This document shows, piece by piece, positions 18,233 through 28,098 of a DNA stretch of 52,640 bases (positions within the stretch are counted from its first letter, which is position 1; every line of letters begins with the position of its first letter). The position numbers and the translations under genes were made by a program. Under the pieces are notes generated by a model, which saw only the letters and a program-made list of their open reading frames with translations, was not told where the DNA came from and made no database searches. Source of the stretch: a virus (Duplodnaviria; Caudoviricetes); the IMG/VR virus record IMGVR_UViG_3300048026_001019, positions 1-52,640 of that record; one strand, 5' to 3'.

Positions 18233-19849
18233 TTATGATTTAGTCTTTACTGTGTATGTTAATTCTGCATTATCACTACTAGTAGAGTTTAACACCATAA
18301 TGGCTATTGTGTCAACCGAAGAGTTGGAATTTTCATCAAAAGTTTGAGCCTTAAATTTTAAATTTTCTGCTAAACTTGCATCACCTACGTAATCATAAGA
18401 GTCTACAAGATCAACAATGTTATTTGTTGGATTTACTATTACTTCCATTTTGCCAGTACGTTGAGCATTTACTGCACTACTTTTATAAATGTAATCAATT
18501 TCAAAAGCTCTAGTTGTATCTGCTGGAAGCCTAAATAGTTTTGAATATTCTGAAAATTGTGTTAGTGCTAGTCTATAAGTTGTTCCTAATGATGCAATTG
18601 CACTGCCTTCTATTTCAGGAACATATTTAATCCCTACTTGATAAGCAGGATCATAACCTAGATCTTCTGTTCTTTTGAACCAATCATCAACTGATTCATT
18701 TTTATATGCTAAAAATTTTATAACTGAATGTGTCGCACTGGACGAATCGGCCATGTTGTTACCTACGTCATAAAATTTATTAAGCTGACTTACATTATTA
18801 CTACCTGTTGTGATAGCGATAGCATGCTGAGATATTTGATCAAAGTGGGTATTTGTAATAATATTATTAACAGGACCTGTTAATTGTCCACTAGTACCTA
18901 ATATTGTTCCGCCACCAAAGTCAATACCTAACATGCAAGTATTCAGTCTACAGTTGTTCCATACATTCTTTGAGATATCAAAGTCTGATTTGATTCCGGT
19001 TGTAAATCCTTGCATATGCACATTGTTAAAATAATTGTTTGTACAATTTACTGCTGTGCTTAGACTAACTAGCCATATGCCATTAGTACTTCCTACTGAA
19101 GAATTATTTTCCCAAGGACCTTTAAGTTTAATATTTTCAAAATGACTGTCCTTACAGGAAGTAAGTTTTAATGCTTGTGAACTAACAACTTGAATTGTGC
19201 AATCGCTTATCAAAATATTTCTTGGTTGGTTAAGCGTAGTACTAGTCGCGTCTCCTGCATAACTTCCAGGTGTACTAATATCATTAACTGTATCAAATGC
19301 TGGTTGTGTTGTGCTTGTACAGTTAAAAATAGTTTTATCTATACCTGCTCCTTTTATAGTACAGTAAGGAGGTAGTTTAATTGTTGACGATATTGTGTAA
19401 TCACCAGCTTCGAAATATAATACAACTCTGCTAGGAGCAGTAAGTTTACTAGCTGCATTCAAATAGAGTTGGTCGACTGCTCGTTGAATTGCTGCTGTTT
19501 GGTCTGTACCATCACCGTTAGCACCAAAACTCTTAATGCTTACTCTGTCATCTAATATTGCTTGTAATGTTCTTTGTACAGGAGTGTTAACTGATGCTCC
19601 TGTTTGGTAGTTACTGCTTACACTTTTGTACGAATAAGTTTTAGCATATGCAAATAAATCATCATGCTCACTTAATATTCTTGTGTTACCCACAAATGGA
19701 GAGCCTTCTGCTACAGCGCCATTACCTATCCATAATTCTTGTGCATCAGTCGCCCAACCTAGTTCTCCACTTGCCAATTGAGGTAGTCCAGAACCTTGGT
19801 TTTTGCGTCCTCTACGAATTTGTATTCTTGAAATTGATACTACAGCCAC
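18233..19849 (-). CDS. Virion structural/tail-fibre-like protein with beta-helix
   Basis: N-terminal IQIRRG..LPQLASGELGW; SIKSFGANGDGTDQTAAIQRA (pectate_lyase_3-like); Asn-rich coils; late promoter upstream. Confidence 0.8.
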   Translation of the reverse strand: MAVVSISRIQIRRGRKNQGSGLPQLASGELGWATDAQELWIGNGAVAEGSPFVGNTRILSEHDDLFAYAKTYSYKSVSSNYQTGASVNTPVQRTLQAILDDRVSIKSFGANGDGTDQTAAIQRAVDQLYLNAASKLTAPSRVVLYFEAGDYTISSTIKLPPYCTIKGAGIDKTIFNCTSTTQPAFDTVNDISTPGSYAGDATSTTLNQPRNILISDCTIQVVSSQALKLTSCKDSHFENIKLKGPWENNSSVGSTNGIWLVSLSTAVNCTNNYFNNVHMQGFTTGIKSDFDISKNVWNNCRLNTCMLGIDFGGGTILGTSGQLTGPVNNIITNTHFDQISQHAIAITTGSNNVSQLNKFYDVGNNMADSSSATHSVIKFLAYKNESVDDWFKRTEDLGYDPAYQVGIKYVPEIEGSAIASLGTTYRLALTQFSEYSKLFRLPADTTRAFEIDYIYKSSAVNAQRTGKMEVIVNPTNNIVDLVDSYDYVGDASLAENLKFKAQTFDENSNSSVDTIAIMVLNSTSSDNAELTYTVKTKS

Positions 19850-19887
19850 GTGTGTCTCCTACATTATAATTATATGTATTTATTCAA

Positions 19888-21486
19888 TTAAGGAAGTTGT
19901 CTTTGTTGTCTCAAACGATCAAAACCTTTTAATCGTTCTAATTCGTTCTGTTGCTGTTGTTCACCGTCTTCAAAGTCATAGATATAATCTTCTATAAGTT
20001 CTAGAGGCTCGCCTATGCCTTCTATATAAAAATCCTGCTCTGCTAGCCTAGATCTTGGGGCATCAGCACATATACTATCCTCACAATTAATTAAGCTAAC
20101 GTCATACCTTATACGATTTAAATGATATGCGGCATCTGCATAGTCACGATATCCTGCTGGATCGTCCCAAGGCGCCCACGATTTAGGATTATTTCCCCGT
20201 ATAAGATCACCGTACATCTCACCACAAGTAAGTCTAGAATTATGATGGCCTCTTTCACCTGAATCATATGACATAATGTCTGGAAAAGTTCTACCGCACA
20301 GTGATTCCCATCCATGACCAAACGCACTCCAAATGTATCCGCTTTGAGCATAAGCTCTATTCTCAGGACCATGTGCTAATCCTACTGAGTGTCCTATTTC
20401 ATGTAGATCAGTATAAGCACCGCAAACAGATCTACTTACAGGAGTTCTGTTAGAGTTTTCTTGAAAATATGTGTTAACATATGCACACCCGCATGTGTTA
20501 GGACACGTAGATCCTGTTCCTAATCCAACGTCTGCGTTAGTATTATTTTGGATAACAGATTTTAAACCTGCGTTACCGTGATAATGCATACGACCTATGT
20601 TACCTTCCTTGAGTACATAACGAATGTGTATACCTGATCTCTCATAAGCGTTGTTATAGATATCTACAGTTTTTTGAACTTTGTTCCATTCCTTAGATCC
20701 TTTTTCGAACAGTTCCGTGATATGAGAATTATGATAATTCTCATCTAAAGATTCTTCGCGATCGTAAATAAAGTATGCAAGTTCCCATTCCACAATTTGA
20801 TCGTCATCATCTCCGTAGTAGATATATCCTTGTGTGGGTCCACTGTAGGCATAGCCTTGACAATCTGGTGCATAGCCAGTGCTGGCTTTACCACATCTAG
20901 GTTCTTCAACAATTGTAAATTGTATCTCTTGACGTCCGAGTGTAACAATACCTTCTCCTGTTTCACCTGTACCATAAACAAGTATATCGTTACCTCGACG
21001 TTCTATGTGTCCTAGTGTCGTTGAAGCATGAACTATCCCCCAAGTCTCTTCTCGTCCTAAGAAGTCTGTGTAGATAACATTTATAACAGCTGGTTTAAAT
21101 CTATCACCTTCTGCTTTTTCGAGCTCTAGTACAAGAGTGGGTGGTTCCCAACCACACTCAACTGACTGATTATCCTTTTCAGAATAGGTTCCGCCTTCAC
21201 CATCAGCATACAGAAACCATTTTACACCAGGATAGCCTTGTGAACAACCTTCGCGTATTAATGTACCCACTGCTGTAACAGGAGGTGTATAACCACACTG
21301 TTCTGAGTTACCAGTTAAACTTTCTATGGCGCCGCCGTTACCGTCAGCAATTTTTTCTATTAGAATAGTGCCAGAACACGATGTACTAAGGACAGTGCCT
21401 TGTTCTGGATGTGTTGGTATTTCAGTACCGCACCAAGTTGATAAAATTCCGTAGAGGAAAAGGGTGTTACAGATATCAAAAAACAT
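19888..21486 (-). CDS. Secreted metzincin zinc metalloprotease with two Cys-containing repeats
   Basis: HEIGHSVGLAH, Met-turn DIMSY; duplicated GT..C..ADGxGG..CG.PP units. Confidence 0.8.
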   Translation of the reverse strand: MFFDICNTLFLYGILSTWCGTEIPTHPEQGTVLSTSCSGTILIEKIADGNGGAIESLTGNSEQCGYTPPVTAVGTLIREGCSQGYPGVKWFLYADGEGGTYSEKDNQSVECGWEPPTLVLELEKAEGDRFKPAVINVIYTDFLGREETWGIVHASTTLGHIERRGNDILVYGTGETGEGIVTLGRQEIQFTIVEEPRCGKASTGYAPDCQGYAYSGPTQGYIYYGDDDDQIVEWELAYFIYDREESLDENYHNSHITELFEKGSKEWNKVQKTVDIYNNAYERSGIHIRYVLKEGNIGRMHYHGNAGLKSVIQNNTNADVGLGTGSTCPNTCGCAYVNTYFQENSNRTPVSRSVCGAYTDLHEIGHSVGLAHGPENRAYAQSGYIWSAFGHGWESLCGRTFPDIMSYDSGERGHHNSRLTCGEMYGDLIRGNNPKSWAPWDDPAGYRDYADAAYHLNRIRYDVSLINCEDSICADAPRSRLAEQDFYIEGIGEPLELIEDYIYDFEDGEQQQQNELERLKGFDRLRQQRQLP

Positions 21487-21548
21487 AGCAGACTCCTTAC
21501 TTGCTTATGTCAGCACATGATACCACCGTAAATCTGCTGTATTTTCTA

Positions 21549-22103
21549 TTATTTACTTGAATTTAATCGTTGTATAAGTTGATTTATATCGCCGTTGTTT
21601 TTACTTAAAAAACTTGTAAATGTTGATCTTTGTTCTTGTGCCATCCAAATACCAGATACTCTTATATCGAAAACTTTATTCACATTAGATTTATTTTTTA
21701 TTACCCACCAATCTACTGATATAGGTTTAGGCCTATCTTCAAATTGTACTAAGGAATAAACTATAGTTCCTCTCTTTCCTTTATCCTCATTTTTTATAAT
21801 TTGTATTTCACCGGAAGGATATGACAAAAGTCTTTTTGCATAAACTACTGAAATAAATTTTTCTATAGACTGTAAGTATTGTTCAGAATTATTGCTATCT
21901 AAGCTTCTCCTGTATGGTCCTAAAACAAACAATGATATTCTTTTAATATCTAAATTGTTAACAAAAATTTCTTGCAATGGAGCTTCTTTATCAATTGATA
22001 CTGCATTTTGTCCAATATTTTTTACCCATAAAGAAGTTTCATTAGTAGTTGCATAAACTTGGGTGGAAAGTAAGCAAAGAATTATACTTAATAATCTAAT
22101 CAT
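21549..22103 (-). CDS. MlaC/Ttg2D-like periplasmic phospholipid-binding protein
   Basis: Signal peptide, FVLGPYRR, VDW, KVFDIRVSGIWMAQEQRSTF. Confidence 0.75.
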   Translation of the reverse strand: MIRLLSIILCLLSTQVYATTNETSLWVKNIGQNAVSIDKEAPLQEIFVNNLDIKRISLFVLGPYRRSLDSNNSEQYLQSIEKFISVVYAKRLLSYPSGEIQIIKNEDKGKRGTIVYSLVQFEDRPKPISVDWWVIKNKSNVNKVFDIRVSGIWMAQEQRSTFTSFLSKNNGDINQLIQRLNSSK

Positions 22104-22780
22104 CCATGCTTCTCGTAATACTGCTCACACCGTTTCCACCATTCTTGAGACCAGTCATCAAACTCATCCGGCCATAAGTCAAACTGCTGATACTCACCAG
22201 CACGACTACACATAAAAATATGTCCTTGACGTATATCAGTACCATGCACTTCATTATGACCTATTGCATATGCTGTAAGTTGTAAGAAATAATCTTCAAC
22301 CCATTCTAGTTTTTTAGGCTTGTTGGTTTGTTTAAAGTCCATTATGCAAGGATTACCTTTGTACTGACCTACTAAGTCAGTTGTACCAGCATAAATGCCA
22401 GGAACATATAGAGGGACTTCACTGCCCCATATTTCATCTACATCAACCATTGCATTATCACGCACTTTTGTTGCCATCATATGTGCTTGCTGTGCATATG
22501 GATTGCTACCTGCTGTCGGCCATTCGCCAAACTCTATGTAGTCCTCTAGATACTTGTGCATTCTAGTACCTACGCCAGACGCTTCAGTTACAATCTCTTG
22601 TGCTTTCTTTTCACCTACTCGCTTTTTCCATGCAATAAGGTGCGACATATCTTTGGTGCCGCTAAGGATAGTTGTTACACTTGCTACTGGAGGGTGACCT
22701 GGAGCTGCATACCTACGCTTTCCGTCTACTTCAACTCTTTGTAATCGTTCGTACTTGTACTTCTCAGTGATAAGGCTCAT
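22100..22780 (-). CDS. PD-(D/E)XK phage exonuclease
   Basis: SVTTIL, GTRMH, YAGTTD, IMDFK, YFLQLTAYA. Confidence 0.88.
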   Translation of the reverse strand: MSLITEKYKYERLQRVEVDGKRRYAAPGHPPVASVTTILSGTKDMSHLIAWKKRVGEKKAQEIVTEASGVGTRMHKYLEDYIEFGEWPTAGSNPYAQQAHMMATKVRDNAMVDVDEIWGSEVPLYVPGIYAGTTDLVGQYKGNPCIMDFKQTNKPKKLEWVEDYFLQLTAYAIGHNEVHGTDIRQGHIFMCSRAGEYQQFDLWPDEFDDWSQEWWKRCEQYYEKHG

Positions 22781-22791
22781 AAGTTCTCTTT

Positions 22792-23145
22792 TTAATCTTT
22801 GGCTATTACGTCATCGTCCCAGTAATCATCTGGGTTATAGTCATAGTTATGACGCATAAATGGATCAACACTTGAATTCGGATCGTCAACTCCTACAATA
22901 GTTTTAACTTCTGGAACCATAGATATCATAATACCTTCTATGCCTTGTTGGAGGGTCATTGCGGACATTGCACATCCAGAACATGCTCCGCTCATTTCAA
23001 GTGTTAATGTTCCTTCTTGAAAGTCTACAAAGTTTACTACACCGCCATGTCCAGCTACTGCTGGTGCAACGTAATTTTCTAGGGTTTGTTTTATATTAGT
23101 AACAATTCTGTCATATTGCTCTTTATTATCCATTACTTTTCCCAT
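22792..23145 (-). CDS. NifU-C/NfuA-like Fe-S carrier
   Basis: VAPAVAGHGG, GACSGCAMSAMTL. Confidence 0.9.
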   Translation of the reverse strand: MGKVMDNKEQYDRIVTNIKQTLENYVAPAVAGHGGVVNFVDFQEGTLTLEMSGACSGCAMSAMTLQQGIEGIMISMVPEVKTIVGVDDPNSSVDPFMRHNYDYNPDDYWDDDVIAKD

Positions 23146-23156
23146 GTATAACTTAT

Positions 23157-23185
23157 ATTATAGCATCAAAGTATCAATTTGTCAA
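23157..23185 (-). promoter_or_regulatory. Sigma70-type promoter
   Basis: TTGACA-17 nt-TATAAT. Confidence 0.8.
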
Positions 23186-23192
23186 GTATTAT

Positions 23193-23522
23193 TTAGAGAT
23201 CTTTACCAACGTCAGTTGCATTTTTCGCCATTTTGGAAACTTCATCTCCGGGACGTCCTGGATTTCCTGGCAAGTCTTCAACATCGTCAACTTCAGAAGT
23301 TTTAAGTTCTATTTTGTCTTTGTCAAAGTTTTTAACAATTTTTTGGATTTTGGGATCGCTGTCATATGCAGCTTTGAATACATCATATGAAAACTGATTA
23401 CGTCCTGTATTCTGCATAAACTTGTCAAGTTTCTTTATGCTAATTACAGTTCTATCAGATTGTTTTAAATGATCTAGGATTTGGAATATAGACGTACTGT
23501 CTACATTTTCTTCTATTTTAGC
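23193..23522 (-). CDS. Hypothetical ORF, probably the -1 frameshift extension of the upstream gene
   Basis: Frame is stop-free for 35 codons upstream of ATG 23417, back to the A AAA AAG site. Confidence 0.6.
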   Translation of the reverse strand, partial: AKIEENVDSTSIFQILDHLKQSDRTVISIKKLDKFMQNTGRNQFSYDVFKAAYDSDPKIQKIVKNFDKDKIELKTSEVDDVEDLPGNPGRPGDEVSKMAKNATDVGKDL

Positions 23523-24277
23523 TTTTTTTTTGGACGCTCTACAGACTCACGCTTTTCTCTGCCGCCTAGGTCTTCGCCACCTGCTTCTGCATCAGATGCA
23601 CCAAAGTCGTCATCATCGGTACCAACAGTATCTAATGCATCGTCCATTTCGTCGTCAACTGGTTCCATGTCTGGATCTGCATCCGGGTCCATATCATCTG
23701 CACCCATAGTATCCATAGGCTCAGCTTCACCAGTAAGCTGTCCTACACCCTGTGTTAGTGTACCACGTGTTGTTTCCATTACACCATACATTGATTCAAG
23801 TGCTGGCTTTACAAGACTAGTAAATGCTTCACTTGCTTCACTACCCATTTCATCACGGATTGCATCTGCTAGCTCTAACATAGATTCGGTTTGCATTTCT
23901 GCTGTATCTTCCATCCATCCAGTTAGTCTGTCAACCATATCTTTAGCTGCCATTACTAGTTCTGCTTTATCTTCTTCGCCTTCATTAACTTGCTGTACTG
24001 CTTCGTCAATAGCATCTACAATCGTGTCGTTGCGTTCTTCGATTGCTGTGTTAAGTACGTCAAGGAATAACTTACTCTTCTGATATGTTTTGTCTTGTAC
24101 AGAATCAAATGCTTCATTTGTTTCCACTTGACTTAATGAGGTTCTAAGCTTGTTTCTAGCATCTTGTAACTGCTCAGTAGTAAACTGATCAATATCAATT
24201 TTAGAACCAAACTTTTTAGCTAAACTTTCATTTAACTTTTTAGCACTGGCTGGTCTTGTAAATTCTCTAATATTCAT
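23513..24277 (-). CDS. Acidic helical protein, prohead core/scaffold-like
   Basis: Helical N-terminal part, very acidic C-terminal tract, LNE/VNE motifs, late promoter upstream. Confidence 0.65.
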   Translation of the reverse strand: MNIREFTRPASAKKLNESLAKKFGSKIDIDQFTTEQLQDARNKLRTSLSQVETNEAFDSVQDKTYQKSKLFLDVLNTAIEERNDTIVDAIDEAVQQVNEGEEDKAELVMAAKDMVDRLTGWMEDTAEMQTESMLELADAIRDEMGSEASEAFTSLVKPALESMYGVMETTRGTLTQGVGQLTGEAEPMDTMGADDMDPDADPDMEPVDDEMDDALDTVGTDDDDFGASDAEAGGEDLGGREKRESVERPKKKLK

Positions 24278-24310
24278 TGCAACGTTCCTTGAACTTTTTT
24301 ATATATGTAT

Positions 24311-24739
24311 TTATACTTTAGACAAAATTAATCTGTCTAAACTGTCTCGTACTTTTTGTGCTTCTACTAGAGAAATTTCTAATCTTGTTTCTCTAGTCTG
24401 TCTTGCTTGGTCACATTTACTTTTTCTTATCATATGCTTATAAAATACTGCATCATTATAGTGTTTTGCTAAATTATTTTCTATATCTATTATCTTATCG
24501 AACATATGACTCTTATTTTCAGCAAGATTCTTAGCTATTGCAATAGCTATTGACTTAAATTGTGTTTTATGTAGCTGTTTATTACAAGAACTGTCATAAA
24601 CAAGATAGCCTACTTTACTCTTCCTTACTACATATTGTTTAATACGAACACTATTACCTTTGGCAATTGGTATTGTAGTATCTTCTAGTCCTTTATCAAC
24701 AATATCTTCAAGGTCATATATCAGATTGTCAGAAATCAT
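24311..24739 (-). CDS. Hypothetical protein
   Basis: Coupled ORF. Confidence 0.65.
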   Translation of the reverse strand: MISDNLIYDLEDIVDKGLEDTTIPIAKGNSVRIKQYVVRKSKVGYLVYDSSCNKQLHKTQFKSIAIAIAKNLAENKSHMFDKIIDIENNLAKHYNDAVFYKHMIRKSKCDQARQTRETRLEISLVEAQKVRDSLDRLILSKV

Positions 24740-24938
24740 TTTTTGTCACCATTACAGAGCGTTTGTCGAGCATTATTTTACTTACCACACTTTTACGTAT
24801 TAAGTTGTTAATTATGACTTGATCATGTTCTGTGAATGATGACAGCGGCTTTGTTTGATTGCCCAAAGTTTCTAATAATTCTTCTTCTTCATTGGTCAAG
24901 AATACTTCGAAGCTTTTAATGAGTTCGTTTAACTTCAT
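24729..24938 (-). CDS. Hypothetical protein
   Basis: Coupled ORF starting MKLNELI. Confidence 0.65.
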   Translation of the reverse strand: MKLNELIKSFEVFLTNEEEELLETLGNQTKPLSSFTEHDQVIINNLIRKSVVSKIMLDKRSVMVTKNDF

Positions 24939-25162
24939 TTTATTGCCGCTAGTTGTGTCTGTAGTTGTTTAAGCTGTTCGCGGGTAGCACGAATTTGATC
25001 TTGTATTACTTTCTTTTGTTCTTGCTTTTGCTTCGCTGCAACTGCTGGATTTTCTTCTGTACCCATTTGCTGTTTTGCTTGATCCATATTACTAACACCG
25101 GGTAGAGCGTCAGCTCTACCTTGCTGATCTGCAGGAGTGCCTACAAGTTCCATTATCTTCAT
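24935..25162 (-). CDS. Gln-rich coiled-coil protein
   Basis: Coupled ORF starting MKIMELV. Confidence 0.65.
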   Translation of the reverse strand: MKIMELVGTPADQQGRADALPGVSNMDQAKQQMGTEENPAVAAKQKQEQKKVIQDQIRATREQLKQLQTQLAAIK

Positions 25163-25473
25163 CGTTTGCTTCCCCTTCTCTTTCTAGGTCGAAGTGTTCT
25201 ACGTGAACCAACATTTAACCTTTTAAGCTTTTGACTAGCTGGGCTAGTACGTTTTGTTCTATTAGATTTTATACTAACTGTTGCACCTTTGCTACGCCTA
25301 GTCTTTTTCATTGTAGTCATTGCTTTTACATTTTTAGGTGCTGTACATGTTCCTGGTTTAGCAACAATACGTCCCTTACGTGAGCCACTAGTACATCTAT
25401 ACTTGCGTACGACTTTGTTACCTGTCTTACCAAATATAGGTGTTGCACCTTCTATTATCTCACGTACAAACAT
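25159..25473 (-). CDS. Highly basic protein, paralog of 25475-25891
   Basis: KVVRKYRCTSGSRKGRIV..C.AP..K...RTKR..PAS..RLN. Confidence 0.75.
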   Translation of the reverse strand: MFVREIIEGATPIFGKTGNKVVRKYRCTSGSRKGRIVAKPGTCTAPKNVKAMTTMKKTRRSKGATVSIKSNRTKRTSPASQKLKRLNVGSRRTLRPRKRRGSKR

Positions 25474-25474
25474 A

Positions 25475-25891
25475 TTATCGCCTTCTACTTGTTGCTTTAT
25501 TCAGACGCTGTACTCTAATTGATGCAGGATTAATACGTTTTGTCCTTTTTGCTTTCCTAGCAATTCTAGAACCTAATCTAGCTTTAACCCTTTTTAATGC
25601 AATACGCTTTTTTACATTTGGTGCAGCAAAGCATTGTTGTAACTTAGACACAATTCTATTTTTGCGTGGACCAGCTGAACATCTATACTTACGTACAACT
25701 TTCTTACCAGATCTAGCCCAAGTAGGACCTTCGTCTAAGTCATCTTCCTCATGATGAACTTGAACTATCTTCCAACCTTTTTTAACTAAAGCCACAGCTT
25801 TTTTCTTGTCAACTTTGTAAGAGAACCCTGTTTTAGGATTTTCTATTTCAACTGCGTCTTTAGGTGGTATGTATAGCTCGCGTAATAACAT
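25475..25891 (-). CDS. Highly basic protein, paralog of 25159-25473
   Basis: KVVRKYRCSAGPRKNRIV..C.A.P...RTKRINPAS..RLN. Confidence 0.75.
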   Translation of the reverse strand: MLLRELYIPPKDAVEIENPKTGFSYKVDKKKAVALVKKGWKIVQVHHEEDDLDEGPTWARSGKKVVRKYRCSAGPRKNRIVSKLQQCFAAPNVKKRIALKRVKARLGSRIARKAKRTKRINPASIRVQRLNKATSRRR

Positions 25892-25909
25892 ATAGTTATT
25901 TAGCGTAAT

Positions 25910-26143
25910 TTATAGGTTCATTACTAGAACTATGATGGTAGATAGCAGGCCGGCTGTAATTGTGCCTGCAGCGCCAATAATGACTTTAGTCATACTTTTT
26001 TGGCCTTCAACAACATCTTTATGTATGCTGTCTACTTTTGATTCGATTTTGGTTAGTCTGCCCTCTAAAGCTTCGTAGCGTTGTTGACATAGATCAACGT
26101 GTGCTTCAAGGTTTTCTTTTTCTAATTCTGTGGCACCAGCCAT
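25910..26143 (-). CDS. Coiled-coil protein with C-terminal TM helix
   Basis: LEAHVDLCQQRY..LTKIESKVD; hydrophobic C-terminus. Confidence 0.65.
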   Translation of the reverse strand: MAGATELEKENLEAHVDLCQQRYEALEGRLTKIESKVDSIHKDVVEGQKSMTKVIIGAAGTITAGLLSTIIVLVMNL

Positions 26144-26246
26144 CTTTAAACTCCGTAGTGCTTACGCTCAGTAAGCTTGATTAAGTAAACTCTTAGTTGG
26201 GCCTTAATTGTGTCTTTAGATGCCTGGTAGTTTTTGTGCTACAATA

Positions 26247-26645
26247 TTATTTATCTAATAATTCAAAATTGGTATTGCTTATTTTAGGTTTTTGTGTGAT
26301 AAAAACTGAATTTTTAAATTTTACTGTTTCAGCTAACTCAGTAATTATAGGAATTAAATTAAAATCATTGTTTAACATGTCTAGCGTTAATGAATCTGGT
26401 GCTGGAGATGTAAACTCAAACTGCCATATAGTTTGTTGTCCTTTGTAGTCACTTCCTAAACTTTTTTCCTTAGGAACTGCTGTAATACATGTTGGACCAC
26501 TAGTATATTCAATATTTGTTCTCAAACCTATCGTCTGTAGCACTGTGAGAAAGTTTTGCTGTTGTCTGTATGCAAGAGGATCTTCTCCACGCCTTGCTCC
26601 TGTTTCAGTAATGTCTACTAGTGTAGTAAGTCTAAACTTGTCCAT
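26247..26645 (-). CDS. Hypothetical phage protein
   Basis: TLVDITETG..QQQNFLTVLQTIGLR; late promoter upstream. Confidence 0.65.
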   Translation of the reverse strand: MDKFRLTTLVDITETGARRGEDPLAYRQQQNFLTVLQTIGLRTNIEYTSGPTCITAVPKEKSLGSDYKGQQTIWQFEFTSPAPDSLTLDMLNNDFNLIPIITELAETVKFKNSVFITQKPKISNTNFELLDK

Positions 26646-26662
26646 ACAGTATTTACAGACAT

Positions 26663-26693
26663 AAAAAAAGAGCCCACATAAATGTGAGCTCTC
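26663..26693 (-). terminator. Rho-independent terminator
   Basis: GAGCTCACA-TTTA-TGTGGGCTC plus T7 on the minus strand. Confidence 0.75.
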
Positions 26694-26730
26694 AAAATCC
26701 TAAGGTAGATTTTATTTTTAGTTACGTAAA

Positions 26731-27060
26731 TTATGCACTTACGATAAACTGTCCGCCTTCAGTTACTGTTGCGGATGATAGGTCGATTGAATCAACTGTA
26801 CCTAGTGCTTGTAAGCCAACTTGTAGACCAGCTGCGTTAGTTTGTGAAGCATCATATACGATGTTAATCAAACCAGCTGTGCCTTCACTGTTGATTGCAA
26901 TTGGCTGTAGTTGCTGTGCAATAGCTTCAATAGTGGAACCAATTCCACCTTTAGCTGCTACTGAAGCACCACATGCTACAACTGCGAAACCTAAGTTTGC
27001 TGTTGAATAGATCGTTGCGTGTGCATGACCTAATCCGTTTACTCTTGTTACTGCTGCCAT
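26731..27060 (-). CDS. Small Ala/Gly-rich probable virion protein
   Basis: Own late promoter, AGGAG RBS and terminator. Confidence 0.65.
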   Translation of the reverse strand: MAAVTRVNGLGHAHATIYSTANLGFAVVACGASVAAKGGIGSTIEAIAQQLQPIAINSEGTAGLINIVYDASQTNAAGLQVGLQALGTVDSIDLSSATVTEGGQFIVSA

Positions 27061-27153
27061 TTTATATTCTCCTATATTCTCTAATGACTAAAGAAGACCT
27101 CTTCTTCTTTGTATACTTTTATTTATCATCTATTAGGGAAAATATGGGGTGTT

Positions 27154-28092
27154 TTAGCTCTTTTTGGCTCGTTTATGTAATGCACGTAGGTTATTTACGT
27201 ATGCAGGTCCTGCTTGCACTATATCATCAAGCATTTCTATTGCAGGCATATATGCTTGCACCATACCACTACTAGCCGCTTGTCCATTGCTCGCTTGCTG
27301 TAGGAAACGTTTAGTTAGTGCTAGATTCTTAGATCCAACTAGATATCTATACAATGCTAGATTTTGTTGTGAGCCAGCTAGGTCTGGTTTTGATACTGTA
27401 GGCTCTGGATCAGTGACACTAGCTTTCTCCATGTTTTTAATTGCAGCCCACTTTTCAAAGTCATCAATTAAGTCTGAGCTTCTAAGCTTTGCCCTTGTCG
27501 CAAATATTAACCGTGTAGCAACTAAACGCTTATCTGATCTAGTTTGTTTATCCCAGTTCAGTATACTTCTACGAACTGCTTTGTAATCGGAGTTAGTAAT
27601 TCTCAAAGCAGATTCGAGTTTAATAAACAAAGAACTAGGATTAACTTCACTACCGTTAGCTAATGCTCGAATATATCTATTAATATCAAGTACAGGAATA
27701 CGTGAGTTTCTTTTCATTTCTTTAGCTGACTTAGGATCTTTTAACTTATTTTGTGCAGAATCACCTCCTACTATAAAATATATAAAGTTATAAAGATCTG
27801 TACCCATGATTCTATAATATCTATAAGTTTCAAAGCCCACAGTCTTTTTAGCGTATTTTTGCACTATGTTTTTAAAATCGGGATACTTACGCATAGTTTC
27901 TAATATTAATAGTGTTAGGTACAATCTCTCACAACAATCTGAGAATGTTAGCTTTTTTGAACTTCCATTATCTTTTGTCATACGTGCTTCGTGCAAGTCC
28001 TTAATGAATGAGAATGCTTCTTCTTTAGAAGTATCCATAGTATGGCCTCCTTCTATTGCTGCCCATTCAGTTGCTGTGTACCGATCAGTCAT
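27154..28092 (-). CDS. Hypothetical phage protein
   Basis: 312-aa ORF in the late operon. Confidence 0.7.
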   Translation of the reverse strand: MTDRYTATEWAAIEGGHTMDTSKEEAFSFIKDLHEARMTKDNGSSKKLTFSDCCERLYLTLLILETMRKYPDFKNIVQKYAKKTVGFETYRYYRIMGTDLYNFIYFIVGGDSAQNKLKDPKSAKEMKRNSRIPVLDINRYIRALANGSEVNPSSLFIKLESALRITNSDYKAVRRSILNWDKQTRSDKRLVATRLIFATRAKLRSSDLIDDFEKWAAIKNMEKASVTDPEPTVSKPDLAGSQQNLALYRYLVGSKNLALTKRFLQQASNGQAASSGMVQAYMPAIEMLDDIVQAGPAYVNNLRALHKRAKKS

Positions 28093-28098
28093 TAAATA

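Noticed and set aside
22100-22780. Cas4 or CRISPR association of the PD-(D/E)XK nuclease
   Set aside because: No four-Cys Fe-S motif, and no repeat-spacer array was seen anywhere in the window
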